DNA from: Clostridia bacterium | Lineage (GTDB): Bacteria > Bacillota > Clostridia > UMGS1883 > UMGS1540 | Length of the DNA stretch: 64,000 bases | Assembly: GCA_045533905.1 (NCBI GenBank) | Contig: JAZSIR010000003.1 | Coordinates: 28,976-92,975 of the forward strand | Direction: 5' to 3' | Shown here: positions 1 to 9,358 of the stretch, one piece after another | Layout: every line of letters begins with the position of its first letter | How positions within the stretch are numbered: position 1 is the first letter of the stretch | Translations under genes and position numbers: made by a program | Notes under the pieces: generated by a model | Told to the model about the DNA's origin: nothing | Seen by the model: only the letters and a program-made list of their open reading frames with translations | Database searches by the model: none

Positions 1-899
1 AAATCCTTCACGTGCGCAAGGTTTTCGGGCGGCGCGAAGGGGTAGTTCGTGCTGTCTGTTATGAGAATCATGCGCCCTACGCCTTTTGTATGGAGAAGAA
101 GCCTCTGAAGGTCGGGATGCACATGGATAGCGCACGAGTCACTGATAAGCTCGGCGTACATATCGGGCGCCGTCATGCAGTATTCATCGGGACCTACGCC
201 GCGCGTGCCGCCGTATAAAGGCTTCCGCCCCGTTGCATCCATAGCGTGCGTTAAAATGGTAGGGATGTATTCGCCGAGTGCGCGCACTTCGTCGGGCGTA
301 GCCTCGCTGTGCCCGAGGGCAAAGCGTACCTCGGGGTTTACCTGCCGCGCATATTCAAGGAACGGCATAAGACCTTCTCTTTCGGGCGCAACCGTCCAAA
401 CAAGCGCGTCGCGCCCTGCCGCATCGCAAAGCGCCTTGTATTCTTCGGGGAGTATCCCGTGCCGCCACGGGTTTGTATCATAATTTGCGCCGTATTTGGG
501 GTTTGTGTACGGCCCTTCCATATACATGCCGCGAATGGATTTTGCCTTGGGCATCGCCTCGCGAATCGTGCGAATACCTTCCATAAATTCGGCAAAGGGT
601 AAGCTATAAAGGGGCGAGGCGAGAATAGAGGTGGCACCGTGCCGGAGGAAAAACTCTGCCGCCTCGCGCGGCTTTTCATATGTTTCATATCCGCCGCCGC
701 CGTGCACATGGATATCCACAAAGCCGGGGCCGACATACGCGCCATGCGCGTCAATCTTCTCGGCACCCACCGGAATTTCCACATCGCGGCGCGGGCCGAA
801 AGCGGCAATGCGCTCGCCTTCTACGAGAAGCACACCGTCCCATACAATGCCTGTTTCAAGAACAAGCTGTGCGTTATAAATAGCTTTAATTTTCTCCAT
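1..899 (-). CDS. nagA: N-acetylglucosamine-6-phosphate deacetylase. It is partial: the N-terminus is in the window and the C-terminus runs off the left edge.
   Basis: Minus-strand translation from the ATG at 899 reads MEKIKAIYNAQLVLETGIVWDGVLLVEGERIAAF...GPGFVDIHVHGGGG...ILITDST. These are the NagA metal-binding motifs, and there is no stop before position 1. The ORF track does not list it because the frame is open-ended. Confidence 0.75.
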   Translation of the reverse strand, partial: MEKIKAIYNAQLVLETGIVWDGVLLVEGERIAAFGPRRDVEIPVGAEKIDAHGAYVGPGFVDIHVHGGGGYETYEKPREAAEFFLRHGATSILASPLYSLPFAEFMEGIRTIREAMPKAKSIRGMYMEGPYTNPKYGANYDTNPWRHGILPEEYKALCDAAGRDALVWTVAPEREGLMPFLEYARQVNPEVRFALGHSEATPDEVRALGEYIPTILTHAMDATGRKPLYGGTRGVGPDEYCMTAPDMYAELISDSCAIHVHPDLQRLLLHTKGVGRMILITDSTNYPFAPPENLAHVKD

Positions 900-1014
900 A
901 GTAAAAGCTCCCTTCAGGGTTTCTTTATCTTATTTATAGCACAGAAGAAAAGAAAAAGTCAATAGAAGCCGAAAAAGACGAAAAAATTTCGTTTTTTAAT
1001 TTTTTTCGTGTAGC

Positions 1015-1042
1015 TTGACACGGTCTCATAACGTGCTATAAT
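1015..1042 (+). promoter_or_regulatory. sigma-A-type promoter for the GH116 gene. It lies in a divergent intergenic region shared with nagA.
   Basis: TTGACA at 1015-1020, a 16-nt spacer, and an extended -10 TGcTATAAT at 1034-1042. AGGAG lies at 1063-1067, 9 nt before the ATG at 1077. Confidence 0.6.
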
Positions 1043-1076
1043 GAAAGTAAATAAAGCTTTTTAGGAGTGTTTTACT

Positions 1077-3593
1077 ATGCGGTACGAAGGTGCAAAACGA
1101 AATGCAATTTCTTTCCCGCTCGGCGGCATCGGTACGGGCAGTATCGGTCTTTCCGGTGACGGGCGGCTCGTTGACTGGGAAATTTTCAATCGCCCCGCAA
1201 AGGGAAGCATCAATCGGTATTCCCATTTTGCCATCCGCGCCATCCGCGGCGAGCGCATCACGGCTGCCGTTTTAAACGGGGATATGACGCGTTCTTATAT
1301 GGGGCAGTATGAAAAACGCACATTCGCAGGTTTTGGCTTTGGGCCTGACGGCGATACGATGTGCGGCTTTCCGCATTTTCGAAATGTGACGTTCGACGGC
1401 GCGTTCCCTATGGCCACGCTCACGTTTTCGGACGAAGCATTCCCCGCCGCCGTTCGGATGACGGCCTTTAACCCCTTCATCCCGCGCGATGCGAAAAACT
1501 CTTCGCTTCCTGCCGCCTTTTTTGAATTTGAGGTGGAGAATACGGAAAAAGAGGAAATCCGCTACGAGATTGCGCTTTCCGTCAATAACCCCTATAAGGC
1601 GGCGCGGCACGCACACGATATGGGGGGAGAAATCAAAACACTCTTTTTGTATAACGCGGGTGCCGATACAGAAAGCACCGAATACGGCGATATGACGATT
1701 GCCACAGACAGCGCCGAAACGCAGGTGCAAACATATTGGTACCGCGGCAAGTGGCGCGACAGTATCGTTTCCTTCTGGAATGATTTTTCGGGCGAAATGA
1801 CCCTTCGCGACCGCCAGTATGATGAGACGGGCGACTGCGACACGGGCACGCTCGTAGCATGCGTAAACGTCCCCGCGGGCGAAAAGAAAAAGCTTCGCTT
1901 TGTATTTTCGTGGAACGTGCCGAACAATTTTGCCTACTGGACAAAAGATGAAAAAAGACAAACGCCGTGGAAAAATTATTACGCCACCGTTTTTGAAAAT
2001 TCGAAAGAAACAGCACAGTATGCCCTCTCCAATTGGGAAATGCTGTATTCCCGTACGGAAAAATTTAAAAATGCGCTTTATGCTACCACGCTTCCCGAAG
2101 GACTCACCGAAGCGGCGGCGGCAAACCTTTCCGTTTTGAAATCGCCCACCGTTTTGCGCCTTTCCGACGGGTCGTTCTACGGCTGGGAGGGCGTGCACGA
2201 GCGCGAAGGGTCGTGCGAGGGTACGTGCCAGCACGTCTGGAACTATGCGTATGCCCTTTGCTTTTTGTTCCCCGAGCTTGAAAGATCTATCCGTGAAATG
2301 GAATTTCAGTATAGTACCGACGAAAACGGGCGCATGGGCTTTCGTATTCAGCTTCCGCTCGGCGCGCCGATGGCGGAATTTCGCGCCTGCCTTGACGGGC
2401 AGATGGGCGCCGTCATCAAGTGTTACCGTGAGTGGAAAATCTCGGGCGACACCGCGTGGCTTCGCAAAAACTGGAACGATATAAAAAGAGTTCTGGAATA
2501 CGCGTGGAGCGACAAAAATCCCGACGAGTGGGACAAAAACCGCGACGGTGTACTCGAAGGTCGCCAGCATCACACGCTCGATATGGAGCTGTTCGGTCCC
2601 TCCTCGTGGCTCGAAGGTATGTACCTTTTGGCACTTTCCGCGGCCGCGGAAATGGCGGAGGCTATGGGCGAAGCCGATAAAGCCGCCGAGTGGCGCACCC
2701 TTTTTGAAAAGGGCAGAGCGTGGACGCGCGAAAATCTTTTTAACGGCCGCTATTTCATACAGAAAATTGACCTTACCGATAAAAATATGACCGATAAATT
2801 CGAGGCTTCCGCCGAATACTGGAACGACGAGGCGGGGCAAATTAAGTACCAAATCGGCGAAGGCTCGTCAATCGATCAGGTGCTCGCCCAGTGGCATGCC
2901 GATATCCTGGGTCTTGGCGATATTTTTGACAAAGAACAGCTTTCCATGGCCCTTTCGCATATGATGGAAAATAACTTTAAACCCACGATGCGCGGCTTTA
3001 CTAACCCGTGGCGCATTTTCTCGTTAAATGATGAAGCCGGTACGGTCATTTGCGACTATCCGGAAGATGCCGAAAAACCGAAAATCCCGATTCCGTACTG
3101 CGAAGAGACGATGACGGGGTTTGAATATGCCTTCGCAGGTCTTCTCTGCGCACGCGGCAAAGTAGAGGACGGCGCCCGTGTCGCCCGCGCCGTGCGCGAG
3201 CGGTTTGACGGGGAGAAGCGAAACCCGTGGAACGAATTTGAGTGCGGCAGTAACTATGCCCGCTCGATGGCAAGCTATGCGCTCATCCCGATTTTAAGCG
3301 GCTTTACGTTTGATATGCCGAAAGGGCACATCGGCTTTAGCCCCTATAAGGCGGACGAATTCTCCGCCATCTGGAGTCTCAATAGCGCATGGGGCACCTT
3401 CACGCTTTCGGAAAAGACCGCGAAGGTAGAAATTTTAGAAGGCAGCCTTACGCTTTCCTCTCTCGGTCTTCCGTTTGCGGCATCCGTTTCCGCTTTCAAA
3501 ATTGACGGACAGGAGACGGCATTTACGTTCTCGGACGGCACGATTCAGTTTACCAAAACCGATATTTCGGAAAGTGTGGAGATTTCGCTATGA
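1077..3593 (+). CDS. GH116-family beta-glucosidase, of the glucosylceramidase GBA2 / bile-acid beta-glucosidase type
   Basis: 838-aa ORF. The N-terminus FPLGGIGTGSIGLSGDGRLVDWEIFNRP is typical of GH116, and an (alpha/alpha)6 catalytic region follows. No signal peptide. Confidence 0.7.
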   Translation: MRYEGAKRNAISFPLGGIGTGSIGLSGDGRLVDWEIFNRPAKGSINRYSHFAIRAIRGERITAAVLNGDMTRSYMGQYEKRTFAGFGFGPDGDTMCGFPHFRNVTFDGAFPMATLTFSDEAFPAAVRMTAFNPFIPRDAKNSSLPAAFFEFEVENTEKEEIRYEIALSVNNPYKAARHAHDMGGEIKTLFLYNAGADTESTEYGDMTIATDSAETQVQTYWYRGKWRDSIVSFWNDFSGEMTLRDRQYDETGDCDTGTLVACVNVPAGEKKKLRFVFSWNVPNNFAYWTKDEKRQTPWKNYYATVFENSKETAQYALSNWEMLYSRTEKFKNALYATTLPEGLTEAAAANLSVLKSPTVLRLSDGSFYGWEGVHEREGSCEGTCQHVWNYAYALCFLFPELERSIREMEFQYSTDENGRMGFRIQLPLGAPMAEFRACLDGQMGAVIKCYREWKISGDTAWLRKNWNDIKRVLEYAWSDKNPDEWDKNRDGVLEGRQHHTLDMELFGPSSWLEGMYLLALSAAAEMAEAMGEADKAAEWRTLFEKGRAWTRENLFNGRYFIQKIDLTDKNMTDKFEASAEYWNDEAGQIKYQIGEGSSIDQVLAQWHADILGLGDIFDKEQLSMALSHMMENNFKPTMRGFTNPWRIFSLNDEAGTVICDYPEDAEKPKIPIPYCEETMTGFEYAFAGLLCARGKVEDGARVARAVRERFDGEKRNPWNEFECGSNYARSMASYALIPILSGFTFDMPKGHIGFSPYKADEFSAIWSLNSAWGTFTLSEKTAKVEILEGSLTLSSLGLPFAASVSAFKIDGQETAFTFSDGTIQFTKTDISESVEISL

Positions 3594-4507
3594 AAACGCT
3601 GAAGGTCACCACGGCGGAAATTGCTCATATCTGCGGCGTTTCGCAAGGTACGGTGGACCGCGCACTAAACGGCCGCCCCGATATCAAGGCGGAAACGAAG
3701 CAGAAAATTTTGGCGGTGGCGCGGCAGTACGGCTGGCGCGAGCATCTTTCCACCGCTCCCGATAAAATTATCGGGCAAATCGGCATTGTGGTTTTTAATC
3801 TTGATAACGAATACTTTACGGAGCTGATTTCGGAGCTTGAGTACGCCCTCGCCGAAAAAGGGCTCGGTGCTACGATTATGCTCAGCCACTATGATAAGGA
3901 AAGAGAAATTGAATGTATTCGCAATCTCTATAATATGGGCGTTTTGGGCATTGTGCTTTGCACCGTGCAGACGGACGAGGCATTTGCAAAGTATCTCGAG
4001 CTTTTCGATATTCCCATTGTAGCGGTCGGCAACCCCATTTCGGGGCGGCCGTATGTGGGGATTGACGATTTTGTCGCTATGCGCGATATGACGGCGCATG
4101 TACTTTCGAAAAACCCCAAAAAGCTTCTCTATTTTTCGCCCGCGCTTTTCTACCCCGATGCCGCGGCGCAAAAAAGGCGGTATGAAGGGTTTCTTTCTGC
4201 GGCAGGGGGAAGAGAGTACGAGGTGATAACCTCGCCCGACGCGCTTTTAGAAGAATACCCCGAGGGCACGCATATGATTTGCTCTACCGACTATTACGCG
4301 CTAAAAGCGTACTTTAAAACGCGCGGCGCCCGTATCACGGGGTTTGATAATATTCGCGCCCTTGAAAAGTATAAAATTTCTGTCGATTCCGTGGGATATT
4401 CCGCCGCGGAAATTGCAAGAGGGGTTCTTCGGGTACTTACCGAAGGTGAAGAAGAAAATATATTGGTGGAACACCGCATTGTTCCCCATGAAGAGAGCGG
4501 TAACTGA
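3590..4507 (+). CDS. LacI-family transcriptional regulator
   Basis: N-terminal HTH TTAEIAHICGVSQGTVDRALNGRP followed by a periplasmic-binding-protein-like sugar-binding fold. The ATGA overlap with the GH116 stop suggests translational coupling. Confidence 0.8.
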   Translation: MKTLKVTTAEIAHICGVSQGTVDRALNGRPDIKAETKQKILAVARQYGWREHLSTAPDKIIGQIGIVVFNLDNEYFTELISELEYALAEKGLGATIMLSHYDKEREIECIRNLYNMGVLGIVLCTVQTDEAFAKYLELFDIPIVAVGNPISGRPYVGIDDFVAMRDMTAHVLSKNPKKLLYFSPALFYPDAAAQKRRYEGFLSAAGGREYEVITSPDALLEEYPEGTHMICSTDYYALKAYFKTRGARITGFDNIRALEKYKISVDSVGYSAAEIARGVLRVLTEGEEENILVEHRIVPHEESGN

Positions 4508-4522
4508 TACCGCTCTTTTCGC

Positions 4523-4552
4523 TTGACGAAAGCGCCCGAGATGTGGTAAAAT
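4523..4552 (+). promoter_or_regulatory. Putative promoter for the 2-hydroxyacid dehydrogenase gene
   Basis: TTGACG at 4523-4528, an 18-nt spacer, and an extended -10 TGgTAAAAT. GGAGGA lies 6 nt upstream of the GTG at 4583. Confidence 0.45.
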
Positions 4553-4582
4553 ATAGGAAATTCTGTTTTGGGAGGAAGAAGC

Positions 4583-5536
4583 GTGAAAATCGTAGTACTG
4601 GACAGGCTCACCCTTGGAGAAGATTTAGATATATCAGCCGCCGAAAATTTCGGCACGGTTGTTTCCTATGATACCACCGCCCCCTCGGAGGTGGCGATGC
4701 ACATCGGAGATGCCGATGTGGTTTTTGTAAACAAAGTAAAACTGCAGGCAGAAAATCTGAAAGATGCAAAAAATCTAAAGCTCATTTGCGTAGCGGCCAC
4801 GGGGTACGATAATATCGACCTCGCATTTTGCCGCACGCGCGGCATCGCTGTGTGCAACGTGCCGGGCTACTCGGTATACAGCGTAGCGCAGGTGACGGTG
4901 GGCATGGTCCTTTCGCTCGTGAACCGATTCGCCGAGTACACAAGATACACAAAGGACGGCACGTACCAAAAAGGCAGCTCCGCCAATATTTTAACGCCCG
5001 TTTACCACGAGCTCCTCGGCAAAACCTGGGGCATCGTGGGGTATGGCGGCATCGGCGGGCGCGTGGGCGAAATTGCACGGGCACTCGGCTGTAAGGTACT
5101 TGCCTATAAGAGAACACCCGTAGAAGGGGTAGAGTGCACGGATATTGACACACTGCTTCAAAAGAGCGATATCGTCTCGGTACATATTCCGCTTTCGGAT
5201 GCTACACGCGGCCTCATAAGCCGCGAGCGCCTTGCAAAAATGAAGAAAACCGCTATTTTGGTAAACACCGCCCGCGGCGCGGTAACGGATGAGGCGGCCG
5301 TATGCGAGGCGATACTCGAAGGGAACCTCGCCGGCTTTGGCACGGACGTGTATTCGAAAGAGCCGTTTGGGGAAGATAGTCCCCTTGCGCGCATCGCCGC
5401 GGAGGACAACGTCATTTTAACGCCGCACATGGCGTGGGGCACAATCGAAGCGAGAGAGCGCTGCTTTGGCGAAATGCTTCATAATACGGAAGCCTTTTTT
5501 GAAGGCAAAGAGCGAAATCGCGTGGATTTACAGTAG
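4583..5536 (+). CDS. D-isomer-specific 2-hydroxyacid dehydrogenase (glycerate dehydrogenase / hydroxypyruvate reductase-like)
   Basis: Rossmann motif GIVGYGGIGGRVGEIARALG, and catalytic R/E/H residues in the C-terminal half (HMAWGT). The start was moved to a GTG with a good RBS. The ORF track extends upstream to a TTG. Confidence 0.8.
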   Translation: MKIVVLDRLTLGEDLDISAAENFGTVVSYDTTAPSEVAMHIGDADVVFVNKVKLQAENLKDAKNLKLICVAATGYDNIDLAFCRTRGIAVCNVPGYSVYSVAQVTVGMVLSLVNRFAEYTRYTKDGTYQKGSSANILTPVYHELLGKTWGIVGYGGIGGRVGEIARALGCKVLAYKRTPVEGVECTDIDTLLQKSDIVSVHIPLSDATRGLISRERLAKMKKTAILVNTARGAVTDEAAVCEAILEGNLAGFGTDVYSKEPFGEDSPLARIAAEDNVILTPHMAWGTIEARERCFGEMLHNTEAFFEGKERNRVDLQ

Positions 5537-5634
5537 CTTTTTCGCGAAAATCGCGTTTTAGGATTGCAATTTCAGAGGATTTATGGCATACTGTATAGGA
5601 AGAAATTTCTTTGGCGTTTACAAGGAGGCAAAAT

Positions 5635-6990
5635 ATGCATAACGAAAAAAGAAGCAACTTTACGGGCAAGCTCGGGTTCGTGCTGGCGGCCGCAGGAAGC
5701 GCTGTGGGCCTTGGCAACATCTGGCGCTTCCCGTATCTTGCCGCAAAATACGGCGGCGGTATATTCCTGCTCGTATATCTGATTTTAACCGTAACCTTCG
5801 GCTTTTCTCTTATGCTTACGGAAATTGCCATCGGCAGAAAAACGGGGCAGAGCGCTATCGGCGCGTATAAAAAGCTCCAAGAAAAGTACGCCTTCATCGG
5901 CTGGCTCGGCGCACTTGTGCCGGCGATTATCCTGCCGTACTATTCCGTAATCGGCGGGTGGGTAACGAAGTATTTTTATCTCTTTTTGACGGGGCCCGCC
6001 AAAGCTATGGAAGACGGTATCGACTTTTTCAGCGCTTTCATATCGAGCACGTGGGAACCGCTTCTTTGGTTCGGCATCTTCCTCGGCATTACGGCGCTCG
6101 TTGTGGTACTCGGCGTGGAAAAGGGCGTTGAGAAGGTCAGCAAAATTATGATGCCTGTCCTCGTAGCCCTCTCGATAGGACTTGCTATATATAATATGAC
6201 GCTTCCGGGTGCTATGGAAGGCGTTAAGTTTTATCTTTTGCCGGACTTTTCAAAGTTCTCCGTTGAGCTTGTGCTTGGCGCGATGGGGCAGCTTTTCTAC
6301 TCTATGTCCATTGCCATGGGCATTATGATTACATACGGTTCCTATATGAAAAAGGATGTAAACATCGAAAAAGCAGTACACCAGATTGAGCTTTTTGATA
6401 CCGGCATTGCCTTTTTAGCCGGTCTTATGATTGTGCCGGCTACGTACGCACTTTCGGGCTCTGCGGGCGTGGACAAAGGCCCCGGTCTTATGTTCGGCAC
6501 ACTGCCCGGTGTGTTCGCCGGGATTGAAGGCGGCAATATTTTAGGGGCGCTTTTCTTCCTACTTGTATTTTTCGCGGCACTTACCTCTTCCATTTCTCTT
6601 ATGGAAACGGTAGTTTCTCTTTTGCAGGATAAACTGCACTGGCGCCGCGGCACATCTTGTCTTGTTGTCTTTTTGGGTGCCATCGCACTTGGCGTGCCCG
6701 CTTCGCTTGGTAACGGCCCGTGGGGCGGCGTGCTTATTATGGGCAAAAACTTCTTAGACTTTTTCGACTTTGTTTCCAACAGCGTTATTATGCCGATTGT
6801 GGCATTTTTAACCTGCATTTTCGTGGGCTATGTCATAAAACCGAAAACAGTTATTGCGGAGCTTGAGGAAACGGCACCGTTTAGCGCAAAGCGCCTTTAT
6901 ACTGTCATTATCCGCTACATTGCCCCGATTTGTATTCTGGGGATTCTGATTTCCTCTGTTTTGGAGGGACTCGGGCTCTTTGTAATCTAG
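5635..6990 (+). CDS. Neurotransmitter:sodium symporter (SNF) family transporter
   Basis: NSS signature GLGNIWRFPYLAAKYGGGIFLLVYL at the N-terminus, with about 11-12 TM segments. The start was moved to an ATG after AAGGAGG. Confidence 0.85.
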   Translation: MHNEKRSNFTGKLGFVLAAAGSAVGLGNIWRFPYLAAKYGGGIFLLVYLILTVTFGFSLMLTEIAIGRKTGQSAIGAYKKLQEKYAFIGWLGALVPAIILPYYSVIGGWVTKYFYLFLTGPAKAMEDGIDFFSAFISSTWEPLLWFGIFLGITALVVVLGVEKGVEKVSKIMMPVLVALSIGLAIYNMTLPGAMEGVKFYLLPDFSKFSVELVLGAMGQLFYSMSIAMGIMITYGSYMKKDVNIEKAVHQIELFDTGIAFLAGLMIVPATYALSGSAGVDKGPGLMFGTLPGVFAGIEGGNILGALFFLLVFFAALTSSISLMETVVSLLQDKLHWRRGTSCLVVFLGAIALGVPASLGNGPWGGVLIMGKNFLDFFDFVSNSVIMPIVAFLTCIFVGYVIKPKTVIAELEETAPFSAKRLYTVIIRYIAPICILGILISSVLEGLGLFVI

Positions 6991-6995
6991 AAAAA

Positions 6996-7036
6996 CGGCC
7001 ACTGCAGTTTTCTATGTAAACTGCAGTGGTTTTCTT
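6996..7036 (+). terminator. Rho-independent terminator after the SNF transporter gene
   Basis: 12-bp perfect stem CCACTGCAGTTT / AAACTGCAGTGG with a 7-nt loop, followed by TTTTCTT. Confidence 0.7.
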
Positions 7037-7129
7037 ATGTAAAAACCGCTAAAAAACAGCAAAAGAATCTATTTTTTTTGCGCAATCCGTCTTTTTTTGA
7101 AGAAAAAGAATTTTTCTTGCAAAAAAGAC

Positions 7130-7158
7130 TTGATAATTTTTTAACAATGTGGTATAAA
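7130..7158 (+). promoter_or_regulatory. Putative promoter for ldh, and possibly for the whole hdr/flx/sdh operon
   Basis: TTGATA, a 17-nt spacer, and an extended -10 TGgTATAAA in an AT-rich intergenic region. Confidence 0.5.
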
Positions 7159-7209
7159 GTATATAGAAAAATAGGTTTTACAACAAGAAATTGAAGGAAG
7201 GGCAGCACT

Positions 7210-8157
7210 ATGAGTAAGATTACCATCATCGGGGCCGGAAGCGTCGGCGCCACCATCGCGTACACCATTTCCGCAGAGAACTTGGCATCGGAAATTGTAC
7301 TTATCGACATCAACAAAAAGAAAGCGGGCGGGGAAGTGCTCGACATTATGCAGGGCACAAGCTTCCGCGATTCTATTTCCATTTCCTCGGGCGATTATGA
7401 AGATGCCGTGGGGTCTGACATTGTAATTATTACTTCGGGCATTGCAAGAAAACCGGGGCAGACCCGCATCGACCTTGCGCAGACGAATGTAAACATTATC
7501 AAAGAGATTGCACCGAAGATTGCGGCGGCCGCACCGAATGCCACGTATATTATCGTAAGCAATCCCGTAGATATTATCACATATGTATTTATGAAGAAAT
7601 CGGGGCTTCCTGAAAACCAGATTCTGGGCTCCGGCACCATGCTCGACACTTCGCGTCTTCGTCATGCGCTTGCCGAGCATTTCGGTGTAGCGCAGAGAGG
7701 CGTGCATGCGTACGTATTCGGCGAACACGGTGACACAGGCTTTGTACCGTGGACAAACGCGCGCATTTCCGTTACGGGTGTAGAGGAATACGCAGCACTT
7801 GCCCGTGCCTGCGGGGATGACATTCCGCCGCTCGATACGGCACAGATTGAAGACCGCGTCCGCAAATCCGGTGGCACGATTATTGAAGGTAAGGGTGCTA
7901 CGTATTACGCAGTTGCGATGAGCGTATGCCGCCTTTGCAGCGTTATCGGGGCAGAAAAGAGCTCCATCGCCACCGTGTCTACTATGATGCACGGCGAATA
8001 TGACCTTGAGGATGTTTGCCTCAGCGTTCTTACCCGCGTAGGGCGCGGCAAGGTTATCGGTCGCCTGCCCATTCCGCTTTCAGACGAAGAGTATGAAAAG
8101 CTCCACAAGAGTGCAAACGCGCTGAAGAATGTAATCAGTCAGTTGGATCTTTCCTAA
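7210..8157 (+). CDS. ldh: L-lactate dehydrogenase (NAD-dependent)
   Basis: KITIIGAGSVGATIAY Rossmann motif, LIDINKKKAGGEVLD, IVSNPVDI, and the catalytic His region GEHGD. Length 315 aa. Confidence 0.9.
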   Translation: MSKITIIGAGSVGATIAYTISAENLASEIVLIDINKKKAGGEVLDIMQGTSFRDSISISSGDYEDAVGSDIVIITSGIARKPGQTRIDLAQTNVNIIKEIAPKIAAAAPNATYIIVSNPVDIITYVFMKKSGLPENQILGSGTMLDTSRLRHALAEHFGVAQRGVHAYVFGEHGDTGFVPWTNARISVTGVEEYAALARACGDDIPPLDTAQIEDRVRKSGGTIIEGKGATYYAVAMSVCRLCSVIGAEKSSIATVSTMMHGEYDLEDVCLSVLTRVGRGKVIGRLPIPLSDEEYEKLHKSANALKNVISQLDLS

Positions 8158-8177
8158 AAAAGAGAGGGTGAAAAACG

Positions 8178-8966
8178 ATGAAATACAGCTACTATCCCGG
8201 TTGTACGCTGCGCACAAAGGCAAAAGACCTTGATGCATATGCAAGAAAATCGGCAGAGGCCTTAGGGTTTACTCTGGAAGAAATTGAAGATTGGCAGTGC
8301 TGTGGCGGCGTGTATCCTTTGGGCACAGATGAAATCGCCTCGAAGCTTTCATCTGTACGCGCACTCGCGGCCGCGCGCGATAAAAATGAGCCGATTGTTA
8401 CGCTTTGTTCCGCTTGCCATCATGTGCTCGTGCGCGTGAATGACGATATGAAGAACGTGCCGAAAATCCGTGACGCGGCAAACCGCTACATGGGGCTTGA
8501 CGTACCGTACACAGGTGAAACCGAAGTGCTCCATTTTCTCGAAGTGCTTCGCGATAAGATTGGGTTTGACGAACTTTCCAAAAAGGTCGTAAATCCCCTA
8601 AAGGATAAGAAAATCGGCGCCTACTATGGTTGCCTTCTCCTTCGTCCCGGTCAGGTTTTGCAGTTTGACGATCCCGAAAACCCCACGATTATTGAAGATT
8701 TTATTCGCGCTATCGGCGCTACGCCTGTTTCTTACAGCATGCGCAACGAATGTTGCGGCGGCTATGCTTCTTTACGAGATGGCGAACGCGCAAAGGATAT
8801 GTGCGAAACGATTATGGAAAATGCAGAAGGGTTTGGCGCCGAAATGCTCATTACCGCCTGCCCGCTTTGCATGTACAACTTAAATAAATCGGAGCGCCTT
8901 CCGGTATACTACTTTACCGAACTTCTCGCCGAGGCGCTCGGCGTAAAGGAGGCGGCGCTTTCATGA
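8178..8966 (+). CDS. hdrB: Heterodisulfide reductase subunit B-like protein with two CCG domains
   Basis: Two Cys-rich CCG domains: C...CCGG...CSACHH and C...CCGG...CPLCMYN. It starts only 20 nt after the ldh stop, with no terminator between them. Confidence 0.85.
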   Translation: MKYSYYPGCTLRTKAKDLDAYARKSAEALGFTLEEIEDWQCCGGVYPLGTDEIASKLSSVRALAAARDKNEPIVTLCSACHHVLVRVNDDMKNVPKIRDAANRYMGLDVPYTGETEVLHFLEVLRDKIGFDELSKKVVNPLKDKKIGAYYGCLLLRPGQVLQFDDPENPTIIEDFIRAIGATPVSYSMRNECCGGYASLRDGERAKDMCETIMENAEGFGAEMLITACPLCMYNLNKSERLPVYYFTELLAEALGVKEAALS

Positions 8967-9352
8967 ACAAGACGGAAAAACAGGTAGAAAGAATTCGTGA
9001 AATCAGCGGCGTAAATCCGTATAAGTGCATGAAGTGCGGCAAGTGCTCCGCCACATGCCCCTCTTACGATGCCATGGATATAAAGCCGCATCAGTTTGTT
9101 TCGTACGTGCTTCGCGGTGACGTGGAGGCGCTGGCGAAATCCAAATCGCTGTATGCTTGCCTTGCCTGCTTTGCCTGCGTGGAGCGCTGCCCGCGAAACG
9201 TAGAGCCGGCAAAGCTTATCGATGCCGCACGCCAGATGGTGGTGCGCACGAGGGGCGAAGAAGGCCTCTCGCCTGACGAAATTCCCGCACTTTTAGACGA
9301 AAAGACACCACAGCAGCTACTTGTGAGTGCCTTCAGAAGATACAGGAGGTGA
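8963..9352 (+). CDS. hdrC: Heterodisulfide reductase subunit C-like ferredoxin with 2x[4Fe-4S]
   Basis: CMKCGKCSATCP and CLACFACVERCP motifs. ATGA overlap with hdrB. Confidence 0.85.
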   Translation: MNKTEKQVERIREISGVNPYKCMKCGKCSATCPSYDAMDIKPHQFVSYVLRGDVEALAKSKSLYACLACFACVERCPRNVEPAKLIDAARQMVVRTRGEEGLSPDEIPALLDEKTPQQLLVSAFRRYRR

Positions 9353-9358
9353 GGAAAG

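Noticed and set aside
338-808. 156-aa minus-strand ORF in the first kilobase.
   Set aside because: It is in the wrong frame relative to the clear NagA reading frame that starts at 899. Its translation has no NagA motifs and looks like a shadow ORF.
977-991. Near-palindrome ACGAAAAAATTTCGT upstream of the GH116 promoter, considered as the LacI-family operator.
   Set aside because: The A6/T3 arms are asymmetric and the motif is unlike LacI/CcpA-type operators (TGnnAnCGnTnnCA). It is more likely an AT-rich UP-like tract.
1272-2852. 526-aa antisense ORF inside the GH116 gene.
   Set aside because: It is a typical shadow ORF on the opposite strand of a GC-rich gene. The plus-strand frame has strong family motifs and an RBS. 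Similar antisense ORFs sit inside hdrA (9539-10303), mutS (22010-22849), lon (24548-25225), carB (44882-46033) and the capD-like gene (57008-58261).
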